Shown: positions 17,640 to 26,852, counted from the stretch's first letter. The stretch: 35,313 nt of DNA from a virus (IMGVR_UViG_3300032074_000021:1-35313); one strand, 5' to 3'. A program made the numbers and translations. Notes: generated from the letters alone by a model not told the origin.

Positions 17640-17944
17640 CGGCCTGCCGCCTTGGCGTAGGTCAGGGCGATGTCCGAGAGCGTCTCGGCCGGGCTCTGGT
17701 TGTTGATGCGCGCCTGGGCGGCCACAAGCGCGTCCACCCAGATGGTGCTGGCGCTGAACAGCAGCGCCCACGCCGAGCCGATGGTGAACCCCGCCTCGAC
17801 CGCGTCGCGCAGGAAGCCGTTGATCATCAGCGCGGCGTCGGCGGCGTTGCCGTCCTGGCGCGCCTTGACCACGCCGAGCACCACTGGCTCGGCCAGGGAC
17901 AGCAGCTTGCCGTCCTCGGTGTGGTCGTGTCCGCAGGGGTACAT
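17636..17944 (-). CDS. Hypothetical protein
   Basis: 102 aa; TGATG overlap with the portal stop. Confidence 0.6.
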   Translation of the reverse strand: MYPCGHDHTEDGKLLSLAEPVVLGVVKARQDGNAADAALMINGFLRDAVEAGFTIGSAWALLFSASTIWVDALVAAQARINNQSPAETLSDIALTYAKAAGR

Positions 17945-19563
17945 CAGCGACCTCTTCCTGCCGGCAGCGAACGCTGGGCCGGCTGCTGTGCCTGTTGCTG
18001 GGTCTGCAGCTGGGCCTGCTGCTGCTGCTGCGCCGCGCTCTGCAGCTGCTGCTGCTGGCCCATGGTGTCCGGGGTGTGCTCGCCGGCCACCACGGCGCGC
18101 TCCGCGGCCATCGCCTGGGCCAGCCCGGAGCGCGCGGCGAGGTAGCGGGTCTGGTTCTCGGCGAACCGCGCCGCGTCGTCCACCCGCGCCTCGCGGCGCT
18201 TGGTCTGCATCTCGGTGTCGGAGAGCTCCGGCAGCCCTGCCGCACGGCGCAGGTAGCGCTCCATGTCGGCATCCGGGCCCCAGTTGAAGCCCAGCCCGGC
18301 GGTCGCGGTGAGGAACTGCGAGAGCTGGCCGAGGTCGGGCGCGTCGACGTTGCCGGGCTGGATCGTCGGCAGCGAGGAAGGCTTCCAGCCGTTGGCAGCG
18401 AACAGCCGCGGGATGGCGTGCCGGTTGAACACCTCGGCGACGCTGGAGGCGGTGGCGTTCAGCGCCTCGCGGAAGATGCCGGTCTTGTCCACGTGCAGGT
18501 TGTAGGTGCCGGTGTTGCCCTGGTGGCCGATCATGATGAAGTCGGCCAGCACGGTCATCAACTGGCGCTGCTCGTAGCGCTGGATCAACTCGTTGGTGGA
18601 GAAGGCCCGGGCGCCGCCGGAGCCGAGCAGCTCGAACTTGAACAGCGGCTGCTTGGTGTCCTGGTCGTAGGCGGTGGGGAAGACCAGCCCCTCCTGCTCG
18701 TTGCGCCGGATGGAGCGCACCATGCGCTTCATGGCCTCGACCATCTTGTACTGCTCGGTGCCCGGGCGGGCGCGCATGTACTCGCTGGGCACCGAGACCA
18801 TCGGCAGCCCGGCCAGGTCGCGCTCGACGCCCACGCTCTCGAACTCCTCGAGGCGCTTCTTGTAGTACCAGGGCCGGTAGGAGGTGCGCAGGATGGAGCG
18901 CCCCTCGGGGTTGCCCTTGTGGTGCCCGGCCCGGAACAGCAGCGAGCGGGTGATCGGCAGCACCCGGGTCTTGTAGTCCGGCGGGGCCAGCTGGACCATC
19001 GCCTGCACGTCGCCGCTGTCGTCGAAGATCCAGCGCTGCAGCGTCTCCTGGGAGCGGATGGGCATCTTGCGCCAGCCGATCAGGCCGTCGGAGTACTTGC
19101 TGCGGTGCCGCCCGTCGCTCTGCCAGGGTCCCATCCGGCGCTTGTAGACGATCTCGTGCCAGGACCAGCCGTACTGCAGGCAGGTCAGGATCTCCTGGAT
19201 GATGTCGTCCCAGGAGGTGCTCATGTCGTCCATGCAGGTCTCGACCAGCTTGGCCGCCTTGGCGTCCTCGGCGGTCTTGCCGCCGGCCACCACCGGCCAG
19301 TCCACCCCGCGCAGCAGCTGCAGGATGGAGAACAGCAGCGCGCCGGTGATCGGGTCGTTGTCGCCCATCTCCCGGTAGACCTGCACCGCCTTGCGGCCGC
19401 GCAGCTGCGGCAGGAACTCCTCATCGACGTAGCCCGCGGCCCGCTTCAGGCCGGTGGTGCCGAGCTCGACGAAGGGCGAGCTGGAGGAGTCGATCTGCCT
19501 GACCTCAGCGACGCTCTGCTCGTCCGCCATTTCAGCGGGGGTGGTGTACCTGGTCCCGGCCAC
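17944..19563 (-). CDS. Portal protein (DUF935 / Mu gp29-like)
   Basis: 539 aa; L.YGWSWHEIVYK, GNPEGRSILR..YRPWYYK...GVERDLAGLP and N..AIPRLF..N motifs; AGGAG RBS; Gln-rich C-tail. Confidence 0.9.
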   Translation of the reverse strand: MAGTRYTTPAEMADEQSVAEVRQIDSSSSPFVELGTTGLKRAAGYVDEEFLPQLRGRKAVQVYREMGDNDPITGALLFSILQLLRGVDWPVVAGGKTAEDAKAAKLVETCMDDMSTSWDDIIQEILTCLQYGWSWHEIVYKRRMGPWQSDGRHRSKYSDGLIGWRKMPIRSQETLQRWIFDDSGDVQAMVQLAPPDYKTRVLPITRSLLFRAGHHKGNPEGRSILRTSYRPWYYKKRLEEFESVGVERDLAGLPMVSVPSEYMRARPGTEQYKMVEAMKRMVRSIRRNEQEGLVFPTAYDQDTKQPLFKFELLGSGGARAFSTNELIQRYEQRQLMTVLADFIMIGHQGNTGTYNLHVDKTGIFREALNATASSVAEVFNRHAIPRLFAANGWKPSSLPTIQPGNVDAPDLGQLSQFLTATAGLGFNWGPDADMERYLRRAAGLPELSDTEMQTKRREARVDDAARFAENQTRYLAARSGLAQAMAAERAVVAGEHTPDTMGQQQQLQSAAQQQQQAQLQTQQQAQQPAQRSLPAGRGR

Positions 19564-19613
19564 GTGTTCTCCTAGTTCGTGGTGCGCGCGTGGTGCTCGG
19601 GCCTGATCGTCTC

Positions 19614-19635
19614 ACCCCCGCCGAAGCAGGCGGCG
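19614..19635 (-). terminator. Possible terminator hairpin with C(UUCG)G tetraloop after the holin
   Basis: CCTGC-TTCG-GCGGG immediately after the stop at 19638; no U-tract. Confidence 0.4.
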
Positions 19636-19637
19636 GA

Positions 19638-20036
19638 TTACTGGGTCGGGGCCACTGGCGGCGGGGGCGCGGGCGTGACCGGAGCCTGTGCCGGGGGCAC
19701 CGCTGGGGAGACCGTGACCGGCGTCCCGTTGGGCAGGGCCAGGCCGTTGGAGGCGACCAGCCGCAAGGTGGTGGGAGCCACCTTGACCGCGACCCCCTCT
19801 GCCGGCACCGGACGCACCGGGAAGGGCAGCGTCGAGCCGGTGGGGCTGCCGAACGCCTGCGCCGCGGCGTTCTTGATCGCGGCCAGCACGGTGGCGAAGA
19901 CCGCGACCCAGACCAGGTCCAGGTGGGTGTGCCACACGGCGTCGATGAACTTGACCAGCCCGTCGGCGCTGACCACCTGCAGGCAGGTCCAGCCCACCCG
20001 CTCCAGGAAGTTGAGCCACTTGGTGTTGCTGTTCAC
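19638..20036 (-). CDS. Holin (r1t-like)
   Basis: GTG 20036 after AAGGAG RBS; FLERVGWTCLQV...VAVFATVLAAIK two-TM pattern; Pro-rich tail. Confidence 0.7.
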   Translation of the reverse strand: MNSNTKWLNFLERVGWTCLQVVSADGLVKFIDAVWHTHLDLVWVAVFATVLAAIKNAAAQAFGSPTGSTLPFPVRPVPAEGVAVKVAPTTLRLVASNGLALPNGTPVTVSPAVPPAQAPVTPAPPPPVAPTQ

Positions 20037-20077
20037 GATCTCTCCTTGGCGGTGCCTGGCAACGGCGGTCATGGCGC

Positions 20078-20446
20078 TCAGGATGCGCTGGTGTGCTTGG
20101 TAGCGGGGGCAGGCTCGCCGGAAGCCGGGGTACGCACGATCTGGTGCCAGCGGATCGCCCGGACCACCACGATGGCGGTCACCAGCGCCGAGGTCAGCAC
20201 CCGGCTGACGGCCGCGCCGGTGCTGCCCGGATCAGAGACGCCGTGCAGGATCAGCCGGGCCTCGGACAGTCCCAGGATCAAGAAGGCGGCGGCCTGCAGG
20301 CCGACGAAGTCCAGCGCCGTCAGCCAGGAGTAGTGGAAGTAGTCCTGGACGTGGCCGCGCACGGCACGCACGGTCCAGCCGATGACGAAGTAGCCCGATG
20401 CCAGGAAGCCCAGCGTGACCAGAAAGTAGATCAGTGCGGCGAACAT
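20078..20446 (-). CDS. Membrane protein (3 predicted TM)
   Basis: 122 aa with three hydrophobic segments; GAGGGGG RBS. Confidence 0.7.
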   Translation of the reverse strand: MFAALIYFLVTLGFLASGYFVIGWTVRAVRGHVQDYFHYSWLTALDFVGLQAAAFLILGLSEARLILHGVSDPGSTGAAVSRVLTSALVTAIVVVRAIRWHQIVRTPASGEPAPATKHTSAS

Positions 20447-20469
20447 GCGCTGCCCCCTCTTCTCAGGTC

Positions 20470-20673
20470 CTACTGAAGACCCGTGCGCATCAGGCTCTCA
20501 TGGCACGCCAGCAACTCCACCGCGGCTCGCTCGGCCTGATTGGTCGCTTGCCGGACTCGTTCGGCACTGGCTTTGACCTCGTTCAGGCGACGGTCGGCCA
20601 CGATCTCGAGGTGACTGGTGTGAGCTTGCTGCTTGCGCAGGGCTCGACGCAGGGATGGGGTCACGACGCTCAT
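20470..20673 (-). CDS. Small coiled-coil hypothetical protein
   Basis: 67 aa, ATGA overlap. Confidence 0.55.
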   Translation of the reverse strand: MSVVTPSLRRALRKQQAHTSHLEIVADRRLNEVKASAERVRQATNQAERAAVELLACHESLMRTGLQ

Positions 20674-21047
20674 CGTCCGGTGAAGTCTCTGGCCGCCGGA
20701 CGCTGGGTCTCGATCGCCTTCTCCAGCGCCGATGTTGCCTTGTCCATGACGATCGCCGATCTATCCAGTGCCACCGCATACTGCTCGCTCATCGGTAGCA
20801 GCTTGTTCTCTATCAGCGCGGTCAGGCGCCTGTTCTCATCCAGCAGTTGCCTAGCCTGCGGGCCCGGGACGATCCAGCCAAAGATGAAGCCAATCACCAC
20901 GATACCCAGCACGCCGTACTGAAGGAGGAAGGCGACCGGGTCAGTCGATGGGCTCTGACCGGCCCCCGCTGACAGCGCTGCCCACAGCGGCGGGGCGTCG
21001 ATGACCTGTTGGGAGCGGATCACCGCAAGGCTCAGGTAGGGGAACAT
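20670..21047 (-). CDS. Membrane protein (single TM plus coiled coil), lysis-cassette type
   Basis: LLQYGVLGIVVIGFIFGWIVPG followed by a coiled coil, a pattern common near actinophage lysis genes. Confidence 0.7.
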   Translation of the reverse strand: MFPYLSLAVIRSQQVIDAPPLWAALSAGAGQSPSTDPVAFLLQYGVLGIVVIGFIFGWIVPGPQARQLLDENRRLTALIENKLLPMSEQYAVALDRSAIVMDKATSALEKAIETQRPAARDFTGR

Positions 21048-21289
21048 CCCGCCCTCCCCAGCTCGCTGTGGCTCATCCCGTCGTGGACCATCAGCATGCA
21101 GACCTGCTCGACCCGCTGCTGGCGGTTATTCTCCAACGTGTCCTGGGTGATCAACGCCATGCGCACGAAGATGAAGCTGGCGATCAGCTGCAGCACCACC
21201 GCGATGGTCAGCACCCGCACTGCCCAGCCATCCATGGTGTCCGGCGGATGGTAGAACCGCCGCCAGCCATCCTTGAACCCTCCGCTCAT
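21032..21289 (-). CDS. Small membrane protein
   Basis: 85 aa, one TM; ATG lies 6 nt downstream of TACCAT (leaderless arrangement). Confidence 0.6.
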   Translation of the reverse strand: MSGGFKDGWRRFYHPPDTMDGWAVRVLTIAVVLQLIASFIFVRMALITQDTLENNRQQRVEQVCMLMVHDGMSHSELGRAGCSPT

Positions 21290-21333
21290 GCCGCGATGGT
21301 ACGGCGGCGGACGGGGCGGACGCGCTAGGCCGA

Positions 21334-21567
21334 TCAGGCGGACGTGTCCGCCTCGTCCGCCGCGTCCGCCTCGCGGTCCTCCAGCCCCAGCCCGGCCACC
21401 CAGGCCCGCAGCTCCACGAGCTCCTGATCCCCGGCGGCCGCGGCGGCACGCAGCTCTTCGATCATGGCCAGCAGCACCATGCGGTTGTCGTTCAGCCGGG
21501 CGATCTCCTGCGCCTGGACGCGCACGATGGTCTGCAGGCTGGGCTGACCGTTCAGCTCGGCGCTCAC
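21334..21567 (-). CDS. Small coiled-coil hypothetical protein
   Basis: GTG 21567 overlaps the DUF1996 stop (GTGA); 77 aa. Confidence 0.55.
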   Translation of the reverse strand: MSAELNGQPSLQTIVRVQAQEIARLNDNRMVLLAMIEELRAAAAAGDQELVELRAWVAGLGLEDREADAADEADTSA

Positions 21568-22454
21568 GGCATGCACGCCTTGGTGGTGTAGCCGACGCCT
21601 TGCACGCACTGCTTGACGAAGGCCTCGAACTTGGCCTGGTTCCAGGCGTTCCAGAAGTCGCCGTGCAAGGACAGGCCGTCGCTGGTGCCCATCATCTTGT
21701 CCGAGGAGACGGCCACGTCCGTGCCGGCCCCGACGTAGGCGAACTGGATGGTCTCCTTGAGGCCGACCATCTCGTGCGGGAAGCCGGCGGGGCACGCCTT
21801 GCCCACCGGGTAGGCGTAGTGCGCGGTGTCCTGGGTGTCGCCCACGTCGCCGGGCTTGTGGTTGGGCAGCACCCCGTCCCAGCACGAGGGGAAGGTGACG
21901 TGGGCGGTCAGGGTGTGACCCGGCTTGCCGGACTGGCCCACGCAGCTGGGGATGGCCTGCGTGGGGGACGTGCCGGACTTGTCCCCGCAGGTCCAGTCGT
22001 GCCTCGAGGCCACCAGGCGGGTGTCGGCCGGGAACGCCTGCCCGGGGCCGAACTTGCCGACGTTGGTGAACGGCCGGTAGTAGGCGGTGAACTGCTGCGC
22101 TGGGATCACCTGGCCGGCCTTGGGCCCGGAGGTGTAGACCAGGGTCGGGGTCCAGTAGGCCGCCGTGTCTGCAGTCAGCCGGCAGTCGGTGGCGCCGCCG
22201 TTGAGGTCGGTGTAGTTGGCATAGTCGCCCTTGCTGACCCAGGAGGTGTTGCCGAAGATCTGGTGCTGGTGCATCGACTGCGCCTGGTCGTGGTTCACGA
22301 TGGGGTCGAGTTGGGCCACGGTGACCGGGCCGGTATCCCCACACCTGACCTTGCCGAGCGCGTTGGCTGGGCTGGCGAAGGTGAGCGCAGCCGCCACCAT
22401 GGCTGCGACGAGCATGACGAGCATGAGCGCGGTGTGGGTGTTGCGTCGGGTCAT
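21564..22454 (-). CDS. Secreted DUF1996-domain protein
   Basis: Sec signal peptide ending ANA; DPIV...H.H.IFGN, D.AAYWTPTL, FPSCWDG, CP.GFP and SLHGDFWNAW motifs. Confidence 0.85.
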   Translation of the reverse strand: MTRRNTHTALMLVMLVAAMVAAALTFASPANALGKVRCGDTGPVTVAQLDPIVNHDQAQSMHQHQIFGNTSWVSKGDYANYTDLNGGATDCRLTADTAAYWTPTLVYTSGPKAGQVIPAQQFTAYYRPFTNVGKFGPGQAFPADTRLVASRHDWTCGDKSGTSPTQAIPSCVGQSGKPGHTLTAHVTFPSCWDGVLPNHKPGDVGDTQDTAHYAYPVGKACPAGFPHEMVGLKETIQFAYVGAGTDVAVSSDKMMGTSDGLSLHGDFWNAWNQAKFEAFVKQCVQGVGYTTKACMP

Positions 22455-22476
22455 GGCGTGCTCCTAGGTGAGATGG

Positions 22477-25269
22477 TCAGGCCACTGCGATCCAGGTCGC
22501 CCCAACGGCGGCGCCGGCGGCACCAGAGTAGTTGGAGACGTTCAGCTGGAACCCAGTAGTGGTGATGCTGTCAGCACCTGCGGTGTAGCGGTAGCTGCCC
22601 GTGCTCGCCGTGACGGCAGGCACGGTGGGGAACGGGGTCGGGAAGGTGATCTGGGTGTTCCACGTCCCGCCGTTGGCGAGGGCGCCTACCGCCTTGGTAC
22701 CGGACTGCACGTTGCTCGCCGAGATGGTGCGTACGGCGATGTCCTGCAAGGCCGTGGTGTTGAGCTTGGTGAAGTTGATCGGTGCGTCGGACTGCACGAA
22801 GTAGTTGGAGTATGTGCCGGTGCCACCGCTGAACATCAGCTTGTTGCCCGCTCCGGCCAGCGTGATGTGGCCAGTCGTGGTCAGAGCGACAGTGGACAGC
22901 GCGCCGCTGACCGCCAGGTCGTTGTTGAAGGCGGTGTGGGTGTGGCCTGCGGAGGCCGCCCCGATGTCGGCGTAGGACAACGCGTCGGAACCGCCAGTGG
23001 CGTGCGTGACCTTGTGGGCCAGAGGGGCACGGGCGTCGCTGAGCCGGGAGTCGTTGCCCAGGATGACGTTGGCGGCCCCGGTGCCGGTGTTGGCCAGCGC
23101 CGCGGTGCCTAGGCCACTGACCTGCGAGGCGGTGTGCGTGTGCACTGTGGGTGCTGCACCGATGGCCTCCGGGGTGAGCGGGTCGCTCCCGGCAGATGCA
23201 TGGGTGGCCGCGTGGGCGAGCGGTGTTCGAGCGTCGCTTAGGCGCGAGTCGTTGCCCTGGGCCGCCGTGCCCGCCGTGGTGCCGTAGACCACCGCCAGAG
23301 TGCGTGAGGCGGCCAGGTTGCCGCCGCCGCTCAGCCCGGTGCCGGCCAAGATCGAGGTGGTGGTGGCCACCCGGGCGGCCAGCCCGTTGTCGACGTAGTT
23401 CTTGGTCGCCGCGTCCTGCGGGTTGGTGCCGGGGTCGTGCAGGTTGGTCAGGTACTGGCTGTTGAAGGAGACCGCCGCGACCGGCGCGCCGAGGTCGGAG
23501 ACCTTCAACGGGTCGGAGCCAGCGGCGGCGTGGGTGCTGGCGTGCGCGGTGGGGGTGCGGGCATCGGCAAGTCGGGCGTCGCTGCCAATGACCACGTTGG
23601 CGGCCCCGGTGCCGGTGCTAAGCACTGCGGCGCTGCCCAGGCCCAGGTTGACCCGGGCGGTGGCCACGTCGGCCAGGTCGGCCAGGTTGTTGGACTTCTG
23701 CAGGGCGCCGGCGGCCGAGCCGAACCGGGCGTCGTCCCCGGCGGCCACGGTCCCCGCGGTAGTCCCGACATTCCTGGTAGCCGCATTGCCCAGGTCGGTG
23801 ACCTGGCTGGCCAGGTGGGTGTGGACCGCCGCGGCAGCCCCGATGTCGGCCGGGGCCAGCGCATCGGTGCCACCGGTGGCGTGGGTGGCCTTGTGCGCCA
23901 GCGGGGCGCGCGCGTTGGCCAGCCGCGCGTCGTCGGCGCGCACCAGCGCGGTCGCACTGGAGACCCCAGAGGCGGCCACCGGCAGGTAGGCCAGCTCCAG
24001 CACGCTGGCCCGCCAGGTGCCGGTGGTGACCACGCCCAACGTGTCGATGCTGGTCTGCCCGCGGTAGGCGGTGTCGATGTCGACGTTCGGCCCGACCACC
24101 ACCCGCCCGGGCGTGCCGAGCACGGCGAAGGTGGACCCGGAAAGGCTCATGCCGGCACCGGCCAGGTAGGTTCCGGCGCCGGAGAACTGGGTGAAGGCGA
24201 GCGCGGTGCCGCCCGGGCCGCCGATGGTGATCGGGTTCTGGGTACGCAGCGCCCAGCCGGTCGAGCCCTGGGTGTTGCCCGCCTCGACGAAGACGAACGC
24301 CCCGGAGGTCACCTTGGCATCGGTGTCGAAGTCGCTGGAGCGCTCCCAGGTCCCGCTCGAGAGCACCGACCAGATGCCGTTCTGGTCCGCGGCGGCCTGC
24401 GCGTGCAGCAGCACCCGGTCGCCGGTGGCCAAGGTGACCCCGTCCAGCGCGGCCGGTGCGCCGGTGATCCGGCCCCGGCCCGAGGTACCGCCACTGGCGT
24501 CGTAGCTGAACGCGACGTTGCCTGGCGAGCTGGTGCGCACCGATGCCTTGACGTCCAGCCCGGAGGCCACCGAGTCCACGTAGGCCTTGGTCGCCGCGTC
24601 CTGGGAGGCGGTCGGATCGCCCATCCCGGTCAGCCGCTGGGTGTTCAGCGCGACCGGACTCATCGGCGGCATGAGCTCGTCCAGCGTGGTGACCCGGACC
24701 CGGTCGTCGAAGTCGCTGATGCTCGAGGCCAGCTGGGTGCCGCTGTGGTGGGCGCGGTCCAGGTAGTAGGCCCCGGCCTGCCCGTTCAAGGTGGGCGCGT
24801 CCCCGGCCACCGGAGTCTGGGCCGACCACTTCCCGGCCAGGTAGACCAGCGCCTGGCCCTGCGCCGGGGCCGCGGACAGGTCCACGTCGCTCAGGCCGGC
24901 CAACGAGCCCGCGGCGGCGTCGGCCGGGTGCCAGTGCCCGCTGACGGCGTCGTACGCCAGCACCTGACCATCGCCCGGGGTGGTGGCCAGGTCCACGTCG
25001 TTCAGCCAGGACAGGTCCTGCGGGCTCATGCTGACCAGCACCTGAGCGGGCCCGGCGGTCCCGGCGCTGACGGCGACGGTGATGCCGCCATCGCCCAGGA
25101 ACTGCAGCGCGTCGGCCACCGCCCCGGAGGTGACCGCCGACGGGGCGACCAGCCCGTTGCCCAGGAACTGCAGGATCTGCCGGCGGGTCCAGCCGGTGAT
25201 GTCGACGTCGGAGCCCTGGGCGTAGCTCTGCCCGTAGATCACCGTGTCGATCGCGGCCACGAACCTCAC
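22477..25269 (-). CDS. Fibre protein (head or tail fibre) with internal repeats and C-terminal lectin-like domain
   Basis: GTG 25269 overlaps the terminase stop; 930 aa; LxDVD repeats, two DAATKxYVD, four D.RL..AR.P.AH..TH..G.D.L repeats; C-terminal ITFPTPF..VPAV...TTTGF...WIAVA. Confidence 0.8.
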   Translation of the reverse strand: MRFVAAIDTVIYGQSYAQGSDVDITGWTRRQILQFLGNGLVAPSAVTSGAVADALQFLGDGGITVAVSAGTAGPAQVLVSMSPQDLSWLNDVDLATTPGDGQVLAYDAVSGHWHPADAAAGSLAGLSDVDLSAAPAQGQALVYLAGKWSAQTPVAGDAPTLNGQAGAYYLDRAHHSGTQLASSISDFDDRVRVTTLDELMPPMSPVALNTQRLTGMGDPTASQDAATKAYVDSVASGLDVKASVRTSSPGNVAFSYDASGGTSGRGRITGAPAALDGVTLATGDRVLLHAQAAADQNGIWSVLSSGTWERSSDFDTDAKVTSGAFVFVEAGNTQGSTGWALRTQNPITIGGPGGTALAFTQFSGAGTYLAGAGMSLSGSTFAVLGTPGRVVVGPNVDIDTAYRGQTSIDTLGVVTTGTWRASVLELAYLPVAASGVSSATALVRADDARLANARAPLAHKATHATGGTDALAPADIGAAAAVHTHLASQVTDLGNAATRNVGTTAGTVAAGDDARFGSAAGALQKSNNLADLADVATARVNLGLGSAAVLSTGTGAANVVIGSDARLADARTPTAHASTHAAAGSDPLKVSDLGAPVAAVSFNSQYLTNLHDPGTNPQDAATKNYVDNGLAARVATTTSILAGTGLSGGGNLAASRTLAVVYGTTAGTAAQGNDSRLSDARTPLAHAATHASAGSDPLTPEAIGAAPTVHTHTASQVSGLGTAALANTGTGAANVILGNDSRLSDARAPLAHKVTHATGGSDALSYADIGAASAGHTHTAFNNDLAVSGALSTVALTTTGHITLAGAGNKLMFSGGTGTYSNYFVQSDAPINFTKLNTTALQDIAVRTISASNVQSGTKAVGALANGGTWNTQITFPTPFPTVPAVTASTGSYRYTAGADSITTTGFQLNVSNYSGAAGAAVGATWIAVA

Positions 25270-26846
25270 AGCGACATCGCCTCCCACATGTCGGGGCTGC
25301 CGTCGGGACCGACCAGGTACTGGCTGCCCCCGCCGTAGCGCTCGTCGACGATGGTGACCCCGCCAGAGCTGACCGTGGAGAACGCGTCCGGCTCGGTGTG
25401 GAACTGGGCGTCGGCCTTGCGCGGGGCGGCGCTCTTGGGCACCGTGCCGTCGTGCCGGCTGGGCGCGGGCAGCTTCTTCAGCGCCCGGTGTGCCAGGGCC
25501 ATCGCGGCGAAGTCGTCGGGCAGGTGGGAGTTCCACTTGCCCGGGGCGTAGACGTCGGCCACGGTGATCGCCCGGTGCGCGCGGTACATCGGGTCGGCGG
25601 TCACCGAGGGGTGCGCGGGGTTGGCCGGGATCCGCGGCATCCGGTAGGCGCCGTGCTCAAAGTCGGTGATGTAGTCCAGCAGCATCTGGGTGCGGGCCCG
25701 GCCCACCATGACGAACTTGCTGGTGGTGTCGGAGTAGTCCACGTAGTCGTTGACCACGTTGCCCACCCCGGTGCCGTCGTGCTCGGCGACCGCCTGATAG
25801 TCCTGGGTGACCTCGTTGAACCGGCCGATCATGTAGTCCCACGGGCGGCGGTTGATCCGGATCAGCTTGACCAGCCGGTAGGGCTGCACGTCGTAGCGGA
25901 CCACCGCGATGACGGTCTTGTCCTGCTCCTTGGCCCAGTCCGCGCCGACCGCGTACAGCCCGGCGGCGACCGGGTTCTCCCAGACGTACTCGTCGTGGTC
26001 GCCGTTGCCCTTGTGCACCTCGGAGAGGGTGGGCGGGTAGTCCACGAAGTACTCGGCCACCTTGTCCAGGTCCAGCGCGCGGCTGCCGGCGGCGGGCTCG
26101 TTCAGGTCGTACTCGGTGTGCCACATCTGGGCGCTGACCGTCTTGCGCTTGTTGTCGATGAAGCGCTGGGACATCCACCCGTGCGGCTGCAGCAGCTCGC
26201 GCCAGCACCAGGTGAACACCGGCAGGCCGCGCTCGCGGGAGGACTCGATGACCTTGGTGAAGGTGCCCTCGGGGTTCTGCCAGGTCGAGCTGGCGACGAT
26301 GTACTCCTCGATCACCTGACCGTGGGCGTTCATCTGCTCCATCGCCTGGCCGAGGCTGGCGTTGTAGATCTCCCACTCCATCTCGTCCACCTCGTCTAGC
26401 AGCTGCAGCGGCGGGTGCGGGCCGCGGACGGTGGTCTGGGAGGCAGGCAGCGGCTTGATCGCCTTGCCGGTGCTCATCTGGATCAAGGTGGCCTGGTCCT
26501 TGGCCACGGCATACATCGGCGCGTTCTTGGCGGCCATCAGCTTGCGCATGTGCTCGCGCACGTTCAGCGACTGGGTCATCGAGCCGCCCAGGATGGTCAC
26601 GTCGATGTCGCGCACGAAGGCCTTGACCAGCCCGAGCACGGCCAGCGCCAGCGACTTGCCCGAGCCGCGGCTGGCGTACCAGACGGCGAAGTTGGGCTCG
26701 CGGCCGAAGAAGGCGTGCGCCACCGCCTCGAACGGGCTGACGTGGTCGGGGCAGACGCTGACCCGCGGCAGCTTGATGCCGAACATCGCGTAGATCAGCC
26801 ACCACAGCTCATCGTCGGTACGCGGTTCGCGCGGCAGGGTCAGCAC
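25266..26846 (-). CDS. terL: Terminase large subunit
   Basis: Walker A SRGSGKS, Walker B LLDEVDE, RNase H-like VGADWAK, HDGTGVG and HLPDD motifs. Confidence 0.92.
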   Translation of the reverse strand: MLTLPREPRTDDELWWLIYAMFGIKLPRVSVCPDHVSPFEAVAHAFFGREPNFAVWYASRGSGKSLALAVLGLVKAFVRDIDVTILGGSMTQSLNVREHMRKLMAAKNAPMYAVAKDQATLIQMSTGKAIKPLPASQTTVRGPHPPLQLLDEVDEMEWEIYNASLGQAMEQMNAHGQVIEEYIVASSTWQNPEGTFTKVIESSRERGLPVFTWCWRELLQPHGWMSQRFIDNKRKTVSAQMWHTEYDLNEPAAGSRALDLDKVAEYFVDYPPTLSEVHKGNGDHDEYVWENPVAAGLYAVGADWAKEQDKTVIAVVRYDVQPYRLVKLIRINRRPWDYMIGRFNEVTQDYQAVAEHDGTGVGNVVNDYVDYSDTTSKFVMVGRARTQMLLDYITDFEHGAYRMPRIPANPAHPSVTADPMYRAHRAITVADVYAPGKWNSHLPDDFAAMALAHRALKKLPAPSRHDGTVPKSAAPRKADAQFHTEPDAFSTVSSGGVTIVDERYGGGSQYLVGPDGSPDMWEAMSL

Positions 26847-26852
26847 GGGCTC

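Noticed and set aside
7516-25338. Long plus-strand ORFs (e.g. 7516..9549, 9751..12327, 13238..14737, 17995..19575, 23437..25338)
   Set aside because: Antisense shadows of high-GC3 minus-strand genes; no RBS and no recognisable motifs.
15443-25536. Upstream extensions of ORF-track calls to 15754, 18272, 22344 and 25536
   Set aside because: They overlap real neighbouring genes out of frame; the true starts coincide with ATGA/GTGA stop-start overlaps at 15442, 17639, 21567 and 25269.
25266-26846. Lys motifs in terminase (VAKD, LVKA, SGKS) as processing sites
   Set aside because: Sporadic and within folded domains (one is Walker A); treated as background, which is why the motif claim needs an enrichment test.
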